Assembly: GCF_006345805.1 (NCBI RefSeq)
Contig: NC_043001.1
Span: 92,318,001 to 92,382,000, forward strand
DNA: 64,000 nucleotides
DNA from: Octopus sinensis
Taxonomy: Eukaryota
Reading direction: 5' to 3'
Shown: positions 1 through 14,829 of the stretch, piece by piece
Layout of the letters: every line of letters begins with the position of its first letter
How positions within the stretch are numbered: position 1 is the stretch's first letter
The notes under the pieces: model-generated
The model's input: the letters and a program-made list of their open reading frames with translations, nothing else
What the model was told of the DNA's origin: nothing
Database searches by the model: none
Program-made: the position numbers and the translations under genes

Positions 1-2670
1 TGACTATGTCAAAAGAGATTGCGTGGTGAGTGAGGCCGAAATGATTGAGAATAGACACATTCCTCTTTGATCACTATTGGTATCATGTCTACTCTCTTCA
101 TTGCCCACAATCTGCGTTTCATAGTTGTTCGCTTTTTATTCTTTCTCTTCGATACTGTTGTTACCAGGACATGGTATGTCGATTATCAGGCATGATTGTT
201 CTTTTCCTTTCACTATAACAATGTTAAGATTCCGATGTCCGATCTGATGGTTACGCCATGTCATTGCATGCCACGCGATCGCACATTCTTTTTCTCTTTC
301 CATGCCGTTTCTCTTTTGTGTTCTTTTTCTCTTTAAATTTCCCTTTCTTAACATAATTATCAATTTTGATGATGCCGGTCTTCTTCACATGTATCTGCAA
401 TAGTACCGCGGCAATTTTTCGATACAACCCTAAGCTGTTTTCCTCTGTTTCACCACCATCCAGCCAACTGATCAAACCTCTCCCACACTTTTCTGCAACC
501 TATCAGTGTAACTCTTGGGATGGAATGCTCCCTGCACTGTCAATAGTTTCCGTGTCTTTGTATCCCTACTAATCAGTTCTTTTTTGTCAGTTTATGATTC
601 CAGTTCCATACCGAAGGGATGCTATCACCCATATATCTACAGCTTGGATTTTATTTCATCCAGTCAATTTTGAGCGCAACAGTAATCTTAATCTTCGGAA
701 ATATTCTCTTCTCAGCTGTTCTATCATTCCCTTCTCCATGATTTCATTGAACTCTGATATGCCAAGGTACTTATAGCCTTCCTTTTCAATTTGTTTCATC
801 ATTTCTCTGTTTGGTAATTATCTATTTGGTATTGTCTCTATTTGTTATTGATTACCCATAATTGGTTTCTGGTACCTATGCATCTTCCCTTACAACCTTA
901 TTGCACTATTGGTAAAATGATATCAAGAAGTTTCTACATTTCTTCAGTAATCCCTTCTGACAGTAACTTCCACATTAATGGAAGGCAAGAAATTGGCCTG
1001 CAATTGTTGTCAGTATTTTTTTATATATACACCTTTCAAGCACAACACTGTTCGTCCTGTGGTCAACCACCCTGGAATTTCTTCTGCTCCACCAATCAAT
1101 GCGTTAAATTACTCTCCAATCAATTTATGGCACCTACCGAACTGTTTCATCTAAAATCCCTGTACGTTATTGGGATCTGTTGCTCCAATTTCTCATCTTT
1201 GTGCTCATAGTTTTGATACTGCCCTCGGTTAAGAGAATAGCTCCTTGCTGAGGATAAGAAGCTGTTTGCTTCAGGCTACAGAGCCGTTCAGCTCCAGAAT
1301 TGTGTTGAGCTTGCTTACTCCATATCATACCTCAAAACTGTCCTCTTTCATCTGTATCAGGAACTAATATTTCGTATGCTAAATCATCATTAATTTCTTG
1401 ATAAAATCTTTTTTGGTCGATTCTAAACAATCGGTTTTGCCGGTATTGTTTATTCCGTTGCTCACACCTAGTTAGCTTTGCTTCTTTTGCAAGTATGCGC
1501 TGTTTCAGTTCTTCTACATTTTTCAAATTTGCTATCATTCTTCAATTCTCCTCTTTTCCTGTCAAGTATTGACACCACACTGTTCAGTGGGGCTTATATC
1601 TTCCGATATTCTTTTTTTCCACCAAAGTTCCCTTTTCTTTCCGTTTATGTTCTGTGTTCATTATTCTTTAATCCCATCCTTTCTGCAACGGTCCTACTCA
1701 CAACCTTGATTTGTTTATTAGTTTGTGAGATGTTCTTTATGTCAATATGTTTCAATAAATTGACTCTGCTTGTTTATTAATTTGATCTCTATTGGTCAGC
1801 CTTCTTAAAATCATACATAAATTATTTCTGATCTGCATTTAATAGATCCAAAACCCTGCTTATTAGCAATTGTTCTTCATCGTTTCAATGATCTTTGATA
1901 TCGATTCTTTCACAACTCACAGCAGTAAATTCTTGTAAGCGATTGTCCATGTATTTCATTATGTCACTTTGTTTTTATCATATGCTCAGCATTTCCTGAT
2001 ATCTTCCTTTTGATAGCTTCTAACTCCAAATCTGTTCCTTCGTATTGGTTTTGCTTGATCCCATTTCATTTCAATCAATCCCCTTCCATTCTCTGTGCAT
2101 TTGTTATCTCTATCCTCTGAATGGCATGGCATGCCATTTGCACCTACTGGAATGCTCCAATAACCATCATGCTTACTTGTTTACTCTACTTTTGTTTTTC
2201 AGCACGGCTAGGTGTGGCCGCATTACGACCAGGCTCACCTTACTGCACAATGAGACACCTGCCGGGTGTGGCACCTTCACCATTGGCACTAGTCCCGTTC
2301 ACACTGTTATCGTCGGCTATTTTGCTTGACATTTTCACTCGCAAATGAAGTGCATTTTTACGCTTCCACCAACCGGTATTTTCATCGGAACACTATTCCT
2401 AGCAAGGTTGCCCACCAAGTTGAGAGATACTTTCACTGGTTTTAAAGTCAGAGTGGCCCTTCTCCTAGACTGATTGCCATCCAAAACTAACGAGCTCGAC
2501 CTACCCAGAGCACTTCTTACTTGAAGGCGCCAGACATTCTCCTTTTCGCTCCTTTCTCTTGTTAGTTCGGCGACGACTTGGGCTTGACTGTCAGAGGTTT
2601 GCGCAGGCTATTAGGGCACTTTACAAGTGAAAGGCGCTCTAACCCGTTCACCACTCCAGCGTTGACAGTT
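1..2670 (-). mobile_element. Decayed R4/Dong-like (REL-endonuclease) non-LTR retrotransposon, internally deleted
   Basis: Minus-strand fragments [28 protein letters not shown] and CLIIDIPCPGNNSIEEKE (REL-type C-terminus); many stops and frameshifts. Confidence 0.75.
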
Positions 2671-2854
2671 TTGTTTCTACATTTTATTTCTCCTCTTCAA
2701 CTTATTATTACCATTATCACCACCACCGCCACCATCACCATCACCACCACCACCAACAACACCACTACCAACACCAAGACCACCAAAAAGACCACCACCA
2801 TCATCGTCATCATCATCATCATCATCGCTATCATCATCATCATTATTGTTTTAT

Positions 2855-5531
2855 TTCTAAGAACGCTCGGTCTTGTTTGGTCTGGTGGATTCTGTGGGAG
2901 CAGACAGCAGAGGTCTCACAGAGTCTATTTCCGCACATTTTAAGCTTTGATACTTGGTTGTGTTGTTAATTATCGTGAGAGACATTCAACATCCAAGTAC
3001 CAATCTTAAAATCCTAGCTGTCTCCAGCAGAGCAGTTTTGGGAGCCTGTTCTGCTCTCGTGTCAATTCCGATTTCTTTGACATATTTCTCGAAATTGGTT
3101 GTTAGTTCTCTGAGTTCCCCCAAAAGTACTGGAATGACAGACACCCTCCTCATAGTCCACATTCTTGCAACTTCGTCTTTTAGTAGTCTGTTCTTTTCAA
3201 TCTTTTCTTGCTCTTTGTCACTCCAGGTATTGCAATATCTATGATCATGGTTTCCTTTTTTCCTTTATCTACCACAACAATATCTAGTTTCCGAACCTCG
3301 ATTGGGGAATCACATTGGATTGTAAAATCCCACAATATCTTATTTCCTTGTTCTCGGTGACTCTTTCTGGTTCATATTCGTACCATTTCCGTGCTCTGTT
3401 CAGGCCGTACATTTCCCACAGCCTTCAGTGGATGAACATAGCCACGTTATCGTACCTCCTTTTGTAGTGCTTTTGAGCCAGCTTGCTGCACTCACTCACA
3501 ATATGTGAGATTGTTTCGTTTCTGCTGCTACACACATCCCACAAAGAGACGATTCGCTGCTCTTATCTATTTCGAACTTTGTGTAGTCAGTTCTCAGAGT
3601 TTGTTCCTGAGCGCTGCATATCAATGCCTCAGTGCATCCTTTCAGATCACTTTTTCATAGCCATCTCCAGTGTTGATCCTATCTTTTCTTTCGATTTCTC
3701 TGAAGTATTCTCCATGCAGTGGTTTCATTTTCCGGTTGTTTACTCTTTCTTCTTTATCTTGTTTCTTAAATGTTTGTAGGTGCATCACATTTTCGGTAGG
3801 TGATATATTATATTAATTCTAACAGCAGCAAGCAAGGATTCCCTATGTTGTTTGATGTACTATCCCAGATTGTTCTTCTCGTTGACAACACAGATCTTGC
3901 ATCCTATGAGACCTCTCCCCATCCCTGTTTCTAAGCACATACAGTCTGTCAGTATCACTTCTGGGGTGTAGTTCTTTACCAATTGTCATCGCTTTTCTAG
4001 TTTTCCTTTTCATTTCCTCAAGCTCGTTCTCAGTCCACCTAACAACACCTGCGCCGTATCGCATTAAGGAAACAGCCCATGTGTTAATTGCTCTGATTTT
4101 GTTGTTTCCATTAAGTTTACTTCCCATAATTAATTTGGTTCTTTTGAGATATTCTCGCCTAAAGCTTTCTTTCATTTCACTTTCCTTGGTTTTGTCATAC
4201 TCTAAAATCCCCAGATATTTATATCCATTAGTCTCGCCGTTGTATAGCTCTACACCATCAGACGACACTACTTTACCTCTTTATATTATAAGAATACCAC
4301 ATTTTTTAGTTCCAAATTCCATTTCGATATCCTTACGAATATCTTCACTGTTGAAACTAGGCCATTTATTTCACGTTCGGTCTTTCCAAAGATCTTTCAA
4401 TCATCCATATATAATAGATGATACCACTTTTCAAGGTGTGCCCCAACGTCACTTTCCGTAGTATTTATGGGAGGGGTATCATACAAATCACAAACAGCAA
4501 TGGTGACAGGCGATCTTGAAATATTATTCCCCAATTTTCTTTTTCTTAATTCCCACATTTACGGTTTGGTTCAAGGGCTACTTTATTTCCTGTATGCAGA
4601 CTTTAATCAATCTATTCGTTCCAGTTATATATTTGTCTTGATGTTTTTTCTGGGTTCACCCCCTGAGAAAATTTCTATCTACTTTCCCGAATCCATTTAT
4701 TTCCATATCCTCAATGATACTAGTAATGTCTTCGATCATTCTTTTATCTTCATTACTCAGTCCTTCTCTATACTCAGGGCTTGAGACACTGTATTTCTTA
4801 AGTGCAGCCTCGTCACTCTATCTATTTCTGCATCGTTCCTCATTTTCTCAGTCATCACCCTCCTCCTAATCTCACCGAGCTCTAGTACAGTTAGCCATCT
4901 TTTCTTCCTTATTGCTCTTACCTGGTCACAGAGATTCTGATCAGTAATATCTGAGCCCTGCTTCTCCATCCATATGTTATGCATCATCTTTCTATATCAT
5001 CTTATGAATCTCCTTTCATTATCAGTAGGTCTATATCCATCATCTTAGTCCATTTGGTTCTAGCAGCCGTATAATGACGAACGGGCCTGTGCTACTCATC
5101 CACAGGACACCTGCCGGGCGAAAGTACGTCACCTGTCGTTCCGTCCTCATTTACACCGTTGTTTGTCTTAATTCTATTACTCATTACTCTCATGCAGTGC
5201 TGATAAAGTGTTGATAAAGTGTTATAACAACCAGTATTTTTCTCGAGACACCATCTCTAAAGGGGTTTTTGTCTAAAAAGACTCAAGTTTTAGTGAGCCT
5301 TCCTGCGCTGGACACTAAACTCAGTATTCGGTGCTCCGCAGCTGTTATTTGGATGGCTCTTCACTCTCAGAGTCCATCTGTCCTTAGACAGGTCTTGTAT
5401 TTCAACCCGCATGGTGATCAAATAGCAAAAGGCACCCTCCTCACAAAGCAAGCTCTTTCGGTTGGCCGGTTTAAGTCTCCGACGGTTCGACAGCTGCAAA
5501 AAAGGGGCAGCTGGAGGGAAGTTTACTAAAG

Positions 5532-5532
<1 letters not shown>
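2855..5532 (-). mobile_element. Decayed R4/Dong-like LINE with 5' UTR, between (CAT/ATT)n and (ATT)n tracts
   Basis: YKYLGILE, LNGNNKIRAINTWAVSLMRYGAG and LHPRSDTDRLY motifs; CCHC/REL remnants around 3200-3550; N-terminal QNLCDQVRAIRKKRWLT motif. Confidence 0.8.
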
Positions 5533-5607
<75 letters not shown>

Positions 5608-5995
5608 TAGATGAATGTTAAGTATTTGCCTTACAAGGTTGGATAGGCAGCTGGTAACAAGCAGGTGGGTGGAGAAGTCAGTGTTTTTTAGGTAGATGGC
5701 GAGATGCATAGGGTGGTGAATTGGCCTGGTGGTGGGTGGCAAGTGCTCGAGGAAGAAGTGAAACAGTCTGGTGTTTTAAAGAGCTGATTTCCACACGACT
5801 GTGTATGAATAAAGTGTACGTTTTAGAAATTTAAGATGAAGCAGAGAAGGAAGGAGAAACTTTTTAATTTAATCTGAATCTAACGAAAACCTAGCTTACT
5901 ATTTGAATTGGCCTGTGACTTTGGGATTTCGGCTGATGTGTTTTACGATGTCAACAGGTAATTTTCACACTTATTGGAGAATGTGATAGGGACAG

Positions 5996-6036
<41 letters not shown>

Positions 6037-6205
6037 AAGAGAAGGAAAGAGAGAGTGAGAGTAAAGAGCTAGAGAGATAGAGAGAAGGAGGAAATACATG
6101 TGCTTTTAAGAATAGGATCAGCATGGTAGCAGTCTGATTTCTATATGACCGTGTATGAATACGTTCTAGAAATTTAAGATTTAAGCAGAGAAGGAAGGAG
6201 AAACG

Positions 6206-6267
<62 letters not shown>

Positions 6268-6309
6268 CATCATCGTCATCATCATCATCATCATTATCTA
6301 TCTTATGAT

Positions 6310-6500
6310 TAAGGCGGTGAGCTAGAAAAATGCTTAGCGATATTTCGTATGCCTTTATGCTCTGAGTTAAAATATTGCCGAGGTTGACTTTGCCTATCAT
6401 CCGTTTGGGGTCGATAAAATAAGTACCAGCTGAGTACTGGGGTCGATGTAATCGATTAGCCCTCCCCCCAATTTCAGGTCTTCTGCCTATATTAGAGGGG
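6310..6500 (+). mobile_element. SINE family B (tRNA-like head + GCCTTTCATCCTTTCGGGGTCGATAAAATAAGTACCAG central domain)
   Basis: Same consensus recurs at ~7645-7785(+), 26325-26505(+), 34780-34980(-), 40520-40670(-) and 49657-49880(+). Confidence 0.75.
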
Positions 6501-6763
6501 GCTGTTACTATTGTTATTAATTATCAGGTAATACTTGATTCGGTGGAGCTCTGAAAAGTATTTTCCTTTTTGCGTAGGTCGACTTTATCTCTCATAAAAT
6601 AAATACCTGTTAAATACACGTTTGAATCAATTGAGTACATCTGATCCTGAAAATATTCTCTATTGTAAAAGTAACAATATTTTCTCTAAATTTTATAAGT
6701 GGTTATTTGTGAGGAAACGCCAACGATACTGATGAGGTGACATATCTTACCATCTTCAGAATT

Positions 6764-7068
6764 GGAGGCACATGGTCTAGTGGTTAGAGAAGCGGACTCG
6801 CAGTCGAAGGATCGCGGGTTCGAATCTCAGATCGGGCAATGTGTGTGTTTATGAGCGAAACATCTAACCTCCACGCGGCTCCTGCAGAGGGTAATGGTGA
6901 ACTTCTGCTGACTCTTTCGCCACAACTTTCTCTCACTCTTTCCTCCTGCATCTTGCAGCCCATCTGCGACGGACCAGCGTTCCGTCCAGGTGGGGAACCT
7001 ATACGCCAAGAAACCGGGAAACCGGCCCTTATGAGCCAGGTATGGCTCGAGAAGGAACAAGCAACAAA
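6764..7068 (+). mobile_element. tRNA-derived SINE family C
   Basis: A box TGGTCTAGTGG and B box GGTTCGAATC followed by a ~230-nt non-tRNA body; acceptor stem does not close. Confidence 0.7.
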
Positions 7069-7090
7069 AACATCTTTAGAATTGGATCTC

Positions 7091-7510
7091 TTTCTCTTTC
7101 TCTTTTACCTGTTTCAGTCATTTGACTGCGGCCATGCTGAAGCACCGCCTTTTAGTCGAGCAAATCGACCCCGGGACTTATTCTTTGTAAGCCCAGTGCT
7201 TATTCTATCGGTCTCTTTTGCCGAACCGCTAAGTAACGGGGACGTAAACACACCAGCATCGGTTGTCAAGCAATGCTAGGGGGACAAACACAGACACACA
7301 AACACACACACACACACACACACATACACATATATAACATATATACAACAGGCTTCTTTCAGTTTCCGTCTACCAAATCCACTCACAAGGCATTGGTCGG
7401 CCCGGGGCTATAGCAGAAGACACTTGCCCAAGATGCCACGCAGTGGGACTGAACTCGGAACCATGTGGTTGGTTAGCAAGCTACTTACCACGCAGCCACT
7501 TCTGCGCCTA
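7091..7510 (-). mobile_element. SINE family A (tRNA head, CTTGGGCAAGTG CORE-like motif, internal microsatellite, GGCGGTGCTCCAGCATGGCCGCAG tail)
   Basis: Reverse complement of the consensus seen at 32328, 33150, 33810, 48185 and 50343. Confidence 0.85.
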
Positions 7511-8950
7511 TATATATCATTATATTCACTGTTATATAGAACTTGCACAAATAGACTTCCATTCTAGGTTGCCCACCTTAAAAGACCTTCCATGTCTTTC
7601 AGTTTGCATTGTTTGTTATAACTCAATATTATTGAGGTGTTCTAAGGTTGCAAGCTGACAGAATCGTTAGTACACCTGGCGAAATGCTTAACGCCATTTC
7701 GACCGTTTTTACGCTCTAAGTCCAAATTCTGCTGATGTCGACTTTGTCTTTCATCCTTTCGGGTTTGATAAAATAAGTACCAGATATTGTTCTTGTGCCA
7801 TATTACTAAATGTTCTGTTATCGAAATTATATGGTTTTCATTATGTATATCTCGACTTTTATAAATTGTTACTGTTCTTACCTACATCTGGTCCAGACTT
7901 TCTCCCACATAAATGTTACATCAATTTATATTGCTTCTAAGAATCCATATACCCTATTTTAATGATAGTGCCTGACATTGATATTTCTATAAGTAAAAAT
8001 AGGATTGTCCCAGTCTATGGTTTACTGTTCATAGCTATTCACTAGCTTCTATCTGTAGACTTAACATTAATGCAGTGAATTTAATGACTATATTTACACA
8101 CTATCCATTGACGATATTACTTAAAATTATTACATAGGAGTATTTATTCAGATGTCAATAATAACACAGCTATGCACTGTTTCCAAATACTACGTTTTTA
8201 AAAAAAGTCTACATTTCACTCTTCCACCATTTTAAACATCTTTGTCGTGATCGATGTCATGTAATAATCAAGAATTACGATTAATATCATCTCTCAGCCA
8301 GATAGTTTATAATCTCCCTTGATCAGTGGACATCTCATGTGGAGGGGTTGTCTATACTAGCTTTCTGAATTTTATATTGAATTCTCTTTCCCCCAGCAAT
8401 TTGAGTTATTAAGCGAATGTCGTCTGTTATTATAGAGTTGAAATTCCGGAACAAGTTTTGTATTTCACATTAGTTTGATAAATACATTCCTGCAACATAG
8501 TAATTGATTCCATACTATCAAAAACAGGGTGTGAAATAGGGATGGGACATAGTTTAAGCAGACGTAACTAGAACTGGAACAAGCACGTTTATAACAAATA
8601 AATAATTAATGTTACAAATAGAATGTTTTATCATTATGAGACACCCTGTATATTCGTCTACATCCTTCCCGCAAAATTTAGACCTAGAGAATGCAAAGTG
8701 TAAATAATAAGAGTGTAATATTATCTCTAATCGGGTAAATCTAGTGATGACCTCACCTGCGATATAGTTTCGAATTTTCATTTGAGTTCTGTTGACTGCC
8801 ATTATATTAACACAGTTCTCGAGGAAAGGTCGAAAAGTATCACTTTTGTTGTATTTGTGTAAGTGATCGATTTTACTGGCTTTTATTTATTTGATATTTA
8901 TTTAACTTTGTTATAAGTTTTATTATGTCTTTTTTTTTTTACTTTTTCAG

Positions 8951-9253
8951 AGAAATCGTATCCGATATCTACTAAGAGCAGGACATATTTTGCCAAAGTT
9001 AATGAACAAATAGAAATCGTATATGAATTTTACTATGGAGAAAAACTACGTGAGTGGGTTGTTAGTGGGCTCACATTGGGTAATTGTTCTTTCACCAGAC
9101 CACTTGAGGACGATTCATTCAAGATCGATAGTATTTCTTGTGAGGAAAAGTCTTCAACTCTGAAATTGACACTCCTTGCAAACAGGAGACTGACTTTTCT
9201 TTGTTACACTAATTCATGTAGCGCGACATCATTTATAGTACAACCAATGCATG
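8951..9253 (+). CDS. Ig-like (V-type) domain exon 1 of a putative cell-surface receptor
   Basis: Polypyrimidine tract + tttcAG acceptor, 303 bp open frame, G|GTAAGT donor, phase 1-1. Translates KSYPISTKSRTYFAKVNEQIEIVYEFYYGEKLREWVVSGLTLGNCSFTRPLEDDSFKIDSISCEEKSSTLKLTLLANRRLTFLCYTNSCSATSFIVQPMH: C-strand W, F-strand C, aligns by eye with exons 2 and 3. Confidence 0.8.
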
Positions 9254-9485
9254 GTAAGTATGCTTATTTAGAAGTTTTATTTCTTTTCACTTACTTGTAG
9301 TGAGGTGAAGGTGTGTCGAGTGTCCCAAGTAGTTTATAAGTGAAGTGTGTGAGCTGTGTTTCGTGAGGTAGTTTCTGGGAAGCAACATATGACATACTCA
9401 GCTATGTCTCGAACTGTTATGAAAGCGTCAATTCCCAATGGGTCGAGATATTGAAATAGAGAAACAACACACACATACCTACACT

Positions 9486-9549
<64 letters not shown>

Positions 9550-9680
9550 CGTGCATATACGTACACACACGCATAAGTACACTCATACACGCATACACAA
9601 ATAATAAACGTATACACGTGCACACACACTCACACATAATATTTTACTTTTTATGCGTTTCAACCTATACACACATACAT

Positions 9681-9990
9681 AGGAGCACTCCGTCGGTTAC
9701 GACGACGAGGGTCCCAGCTGATACGATCAACGGAACTGCCTACTCGTAACTGAGCAATCCACAGACATGTGTACCCCTAACGTAGTTCTCAGGGAGATTC
9801 AGCGTGACACATATTGTGACAAGGTCGGTCCTTTCAAATACAGGTACTACTCATTTTTGTCAGCTGAGTGGACTGGACCAACGTGAAATAAAGTGTCTTG
9901 CTCAAGGACACAACACGTCACCGGGAATCGAACTCACGACCTTACAATCGTGAGCCAAATGCCCTAACCACTAAGCCACGCGCCTTCACA
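9681..9990 (-). mobile_element. tRNA-derived SINE family D
   Basis: Minus strand GGCGCGTGGCTTAGTGGTTAGGG...GAGTTCGATTCCC then CCTTGAGCAAGACAC; related head and core at 41832-42116. Confidence 0.75.
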
Positions 9991-10059
9991 TACATACATA
10001 CATACATACATACATACATACATACATACATACATACATACATACATACATACATACAT

Positions 10060-10590
10060 TGTGGAAATCAGCTGTGTCGCGGATGTTAACATAAATATCA
10101 GCGAAAAAGAAAAATATCTACGCCGAACTTGTGAAGAATCTACAGTTACTCTACCCAGATTACAGTTCACTGTCTAAGTACCTATGTATATTCAGAAATT
10201 AGGCTTCTCAAAACCAGAAAGGGGAAAATTCATTCGAAGACTACAGATCCAAGCCATCACTGGAACTGTAAAAGTCTGTAAAACTTTCCAGAAGTTTATC
10301 CTTTAAGTATATATGAGCATGTCTATAAAGTAGCTTTATGAATGATAATACATACATAAAACAAAGCAAACCTACAAACATTCTTACATACAAACGTATG
10401 TACATGCACACATATATACATACATACACACATACATACATACATACATACATACATACATACATACATACATACATACCCTGTTGATGTTGAAATTCCA
10501 ATGAAGGACACTTGGATCTAGGTTAGAAACCGGTTCTTTCTCTATTGGCATGAAATCTGGAGAAAAAACTCCATAACGACATTCATACAT
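10060..10590 (+). mobile_element. 3' end of (TACA)n-associated R4/Dong-like LINE
   Basis: VEISC-ADVNIK REL motif and 3' UTR shared with copies at 27718, 30800 and 36435; flanked by (TACA)n. Confidence 0.75.
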
Positions 10591-10641
10591 ACATTTTCAT
10601 CTGTCAAGTGTAAAAATAAGAGGACAGACAATAAAAATGTA

Positions 10642-11130
10642 CAGTAAATCTTCGAGTATACTCCGCCCTTGAGTATAACACACAGGGGATTTTTAGGGGA
10701 TCGTACCTCTGAAAAATCTAAACCTTGTGTATAATACGTACCCCTTCTCTAACTTGAGTCAAGGAGGTCTATATAACGTCCTTGGTTTGTAAAAATGCAT
10801 ACGGTAACGTCCTATATTAGCTTTTTTGTGCATTTTGTTTGCAGAAAATAAAGAAATAACAGTAATAACAGTAATAACGTTTAATAAATGTTGCTTACTG
10901 CAAGTTATGGATGATTCTTTTTTGACTTTATTGTTTTTAGGCTTAGCTTAAGGTATTTTCGCGCCCGACATCACAAAACGTGTCTGAATAAACATTGCCG
11001 GACAGCAAATAGAGACTCGGACATTGCTTAGAAAATATTTTTCATTTTTAACCTCGTATATAGTACGCACTAGGGATTTTGACCTTAAAATTTTGGGAAA
11101 AAAATGCGGATTATATTCGAGGATTTACGT
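10642..11130. mobile_element. Non-autonomous Tc1/mariner-pogo-like MITE
   Basis: TIRs CAGTAAATCTTCGAGTATACTCCGC / GCGGATTATATTCGAGGATTTACGT with flanking TA. Confidence 0.7.
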
Positions 11131-11551
11131 TATGTATCGTTACAGTGGTCAGCTGTCCTGCTGACGTGAATATCTCTTTGAAAATAACAGAGAAAGACAA
11201 CTATGAACAACTGCTTTGAAACATCCTGCTTCGATAAATTCACATTTATACCAGTAATAACTGGTACTCTAGGCTTTGTGAGTAAATGCCTGAGTGACAA
11301 TCTGGACAAGCTGGTTTTCATAAAATAAATCTACCAACTAACGCGCACATTACCCATACAATCAATAAGTGGAATCGTAAAAATATACAAGATTATTCTC
11401 AAGTTTCAATACGACTTTGTTTTTGCTTACTACATTCCAATAATAGAGCCTTGTATTTCTGTCAGAGGAAGAGTTTAAATAAAAACAAAACTAAATATAT
11501 ATACATACGTATTTTTATATGCGTGTGTGAGTGTGTGTTTGTGTGTGTATC

Positions 11552-11616
<65 letters not shown>

Positions 11617-12201
11617 CTTCACCAAACTTTTTGGCGCCCTCCGATTCTTCCCCTCTCTTCCTCCCATCCTCCTTAATCCCTTCTTTCTCCTCCCTTGGTC
11701 ACTGATTCTGTCCCCTGCCTTCCACCCTCTTTGATTCCCTCTCTCTCTGTCTCTCTTTCTCTCTCTCCTGTGACCTGCTGCTTCTTCAACCATTCTGTTG
11801 GCCTTCGTATCTCGACCAACATGTGTCCCCGCTACCGAAACGGTAATTATTTCTACGCCAGCTGCTATGTTGTTGTTGTTTTGTCTCATTTGGTCTAAAG
11901 TCGTATGACAACCACCGTTATATATGTTTTGTTTTTTCATTACTGTTTTCAATTTCGTTTTCGTCTCTTGTATTCACATCCGTCTTGTGCGTTCACATTC
12001 CTGTCTTCTACCAAGAAATCTAATGCTTACAGCTTAGTTTTTTTTCTTGGGGCTGGCCGAGTTGGAGCAAATATCAGAATTGAACAGCCGAAATTTGCTA
12101 TGATGATTCGGTGTCTGACTGAAGATTGAAGGCTTCGAATGATTTGTCTGTGTTCCGTGTTCGTCCCTTCCTGTATTTCACGTTCATTATATATAAAAAC
12201 A

Positions 12202-12253
<52 letters not shown>

Positions 12254-12379
12254 GTGTGTGTGTATATCCTTCCATCTATCTCTCTGTCTATCTGTCTATT
12301 TATATCTGAATATCTATCTATCTATATGTCTCTCTCTCTATATATATATTATATATATATATTATATATATATATCTGC

Positions 12380-14091
<1,712 letters not shown>

Positions 14092-14337
14092 TTATATATA
14101 TATATATGTGTGTGTATGTATACATACATACATACATACATACATACATACATACATACATACATACATAGCAAAAATTTAGATTCAGATGAATATGGTA
14201 CTTGAGTTGAGGTACCAGAATTTAGTACTGTATTAACCATACAATTTCAAAGTAAGGTGATTAAAATCAAAATAAGCAACAAGGATATCCAGAGGTACTG
14301 CATTACCTCTGAATATCCTTGTTGCTTATTTTGATTT

Positions 14338-14368
<31 letters not shown>

Positions 14369-14592
14369 TGATAGAAATGGTAACACAGCAAAAGGATGAA
14401 AGAGACCTCGATATTATGTAAATAGAGGAATTTATCTGTAAATGTATTATGTGGCAATTATTCGTAGCCATGATAAAACTCTTTTGCTTTAATAACGGTC
14501 ACCATGATAAAGCTCTTTTGTCTTGATAACGGTCAATCACACAGTAATTTCCCTTTCTTTAACGGTAATTTTCATAGCATTTTTTCCGATGG

Positions 14593-14659
14593 CCGGATAA
14601 CTGAAGAGATAGCGGCGTGGATTTCCTCCCCGACATTCGAAACTCGGAGTTTTATCAGG
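14593..14659 (+). ncRNA. Type I hammerhead ribozyme motif (Penelope-like relic)
   Basis: Stem I GATAA/TTATC, core CTGAAGA, stem II closed by G-C, GAAA, stem III CTC-G-GAG, cleavage triplet GUU. Confidence 0.65.
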
Positions 14660-14829
14660 GCTGCCGAATAATTGTCACATATTACATTTACAAATATGTA
14701 TATATATATATATATATTATATATATATATAAATCAAATATAAAATATAAAATATAAATTACAAAGTGGGACAAGAACGCAAAAACACACAGAGATGGCA
14801 CAAAAAAACAGACGGGTCACTCGAAGCCT

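Noticed and set aside
5230-5532. Possible HDV-like ribozyme in the R4-like 5' UTR (also 2400-2670)
   Set aside because: Could not assemble the nested double pseudoknot by eye; needs a descriptor search.
6764-6840. Apparent tRNA gene (also 9915-9990 and 42040-42116)
   Set aside because: Acceptor stems do not pair and the sequences continue into SINE bodies.
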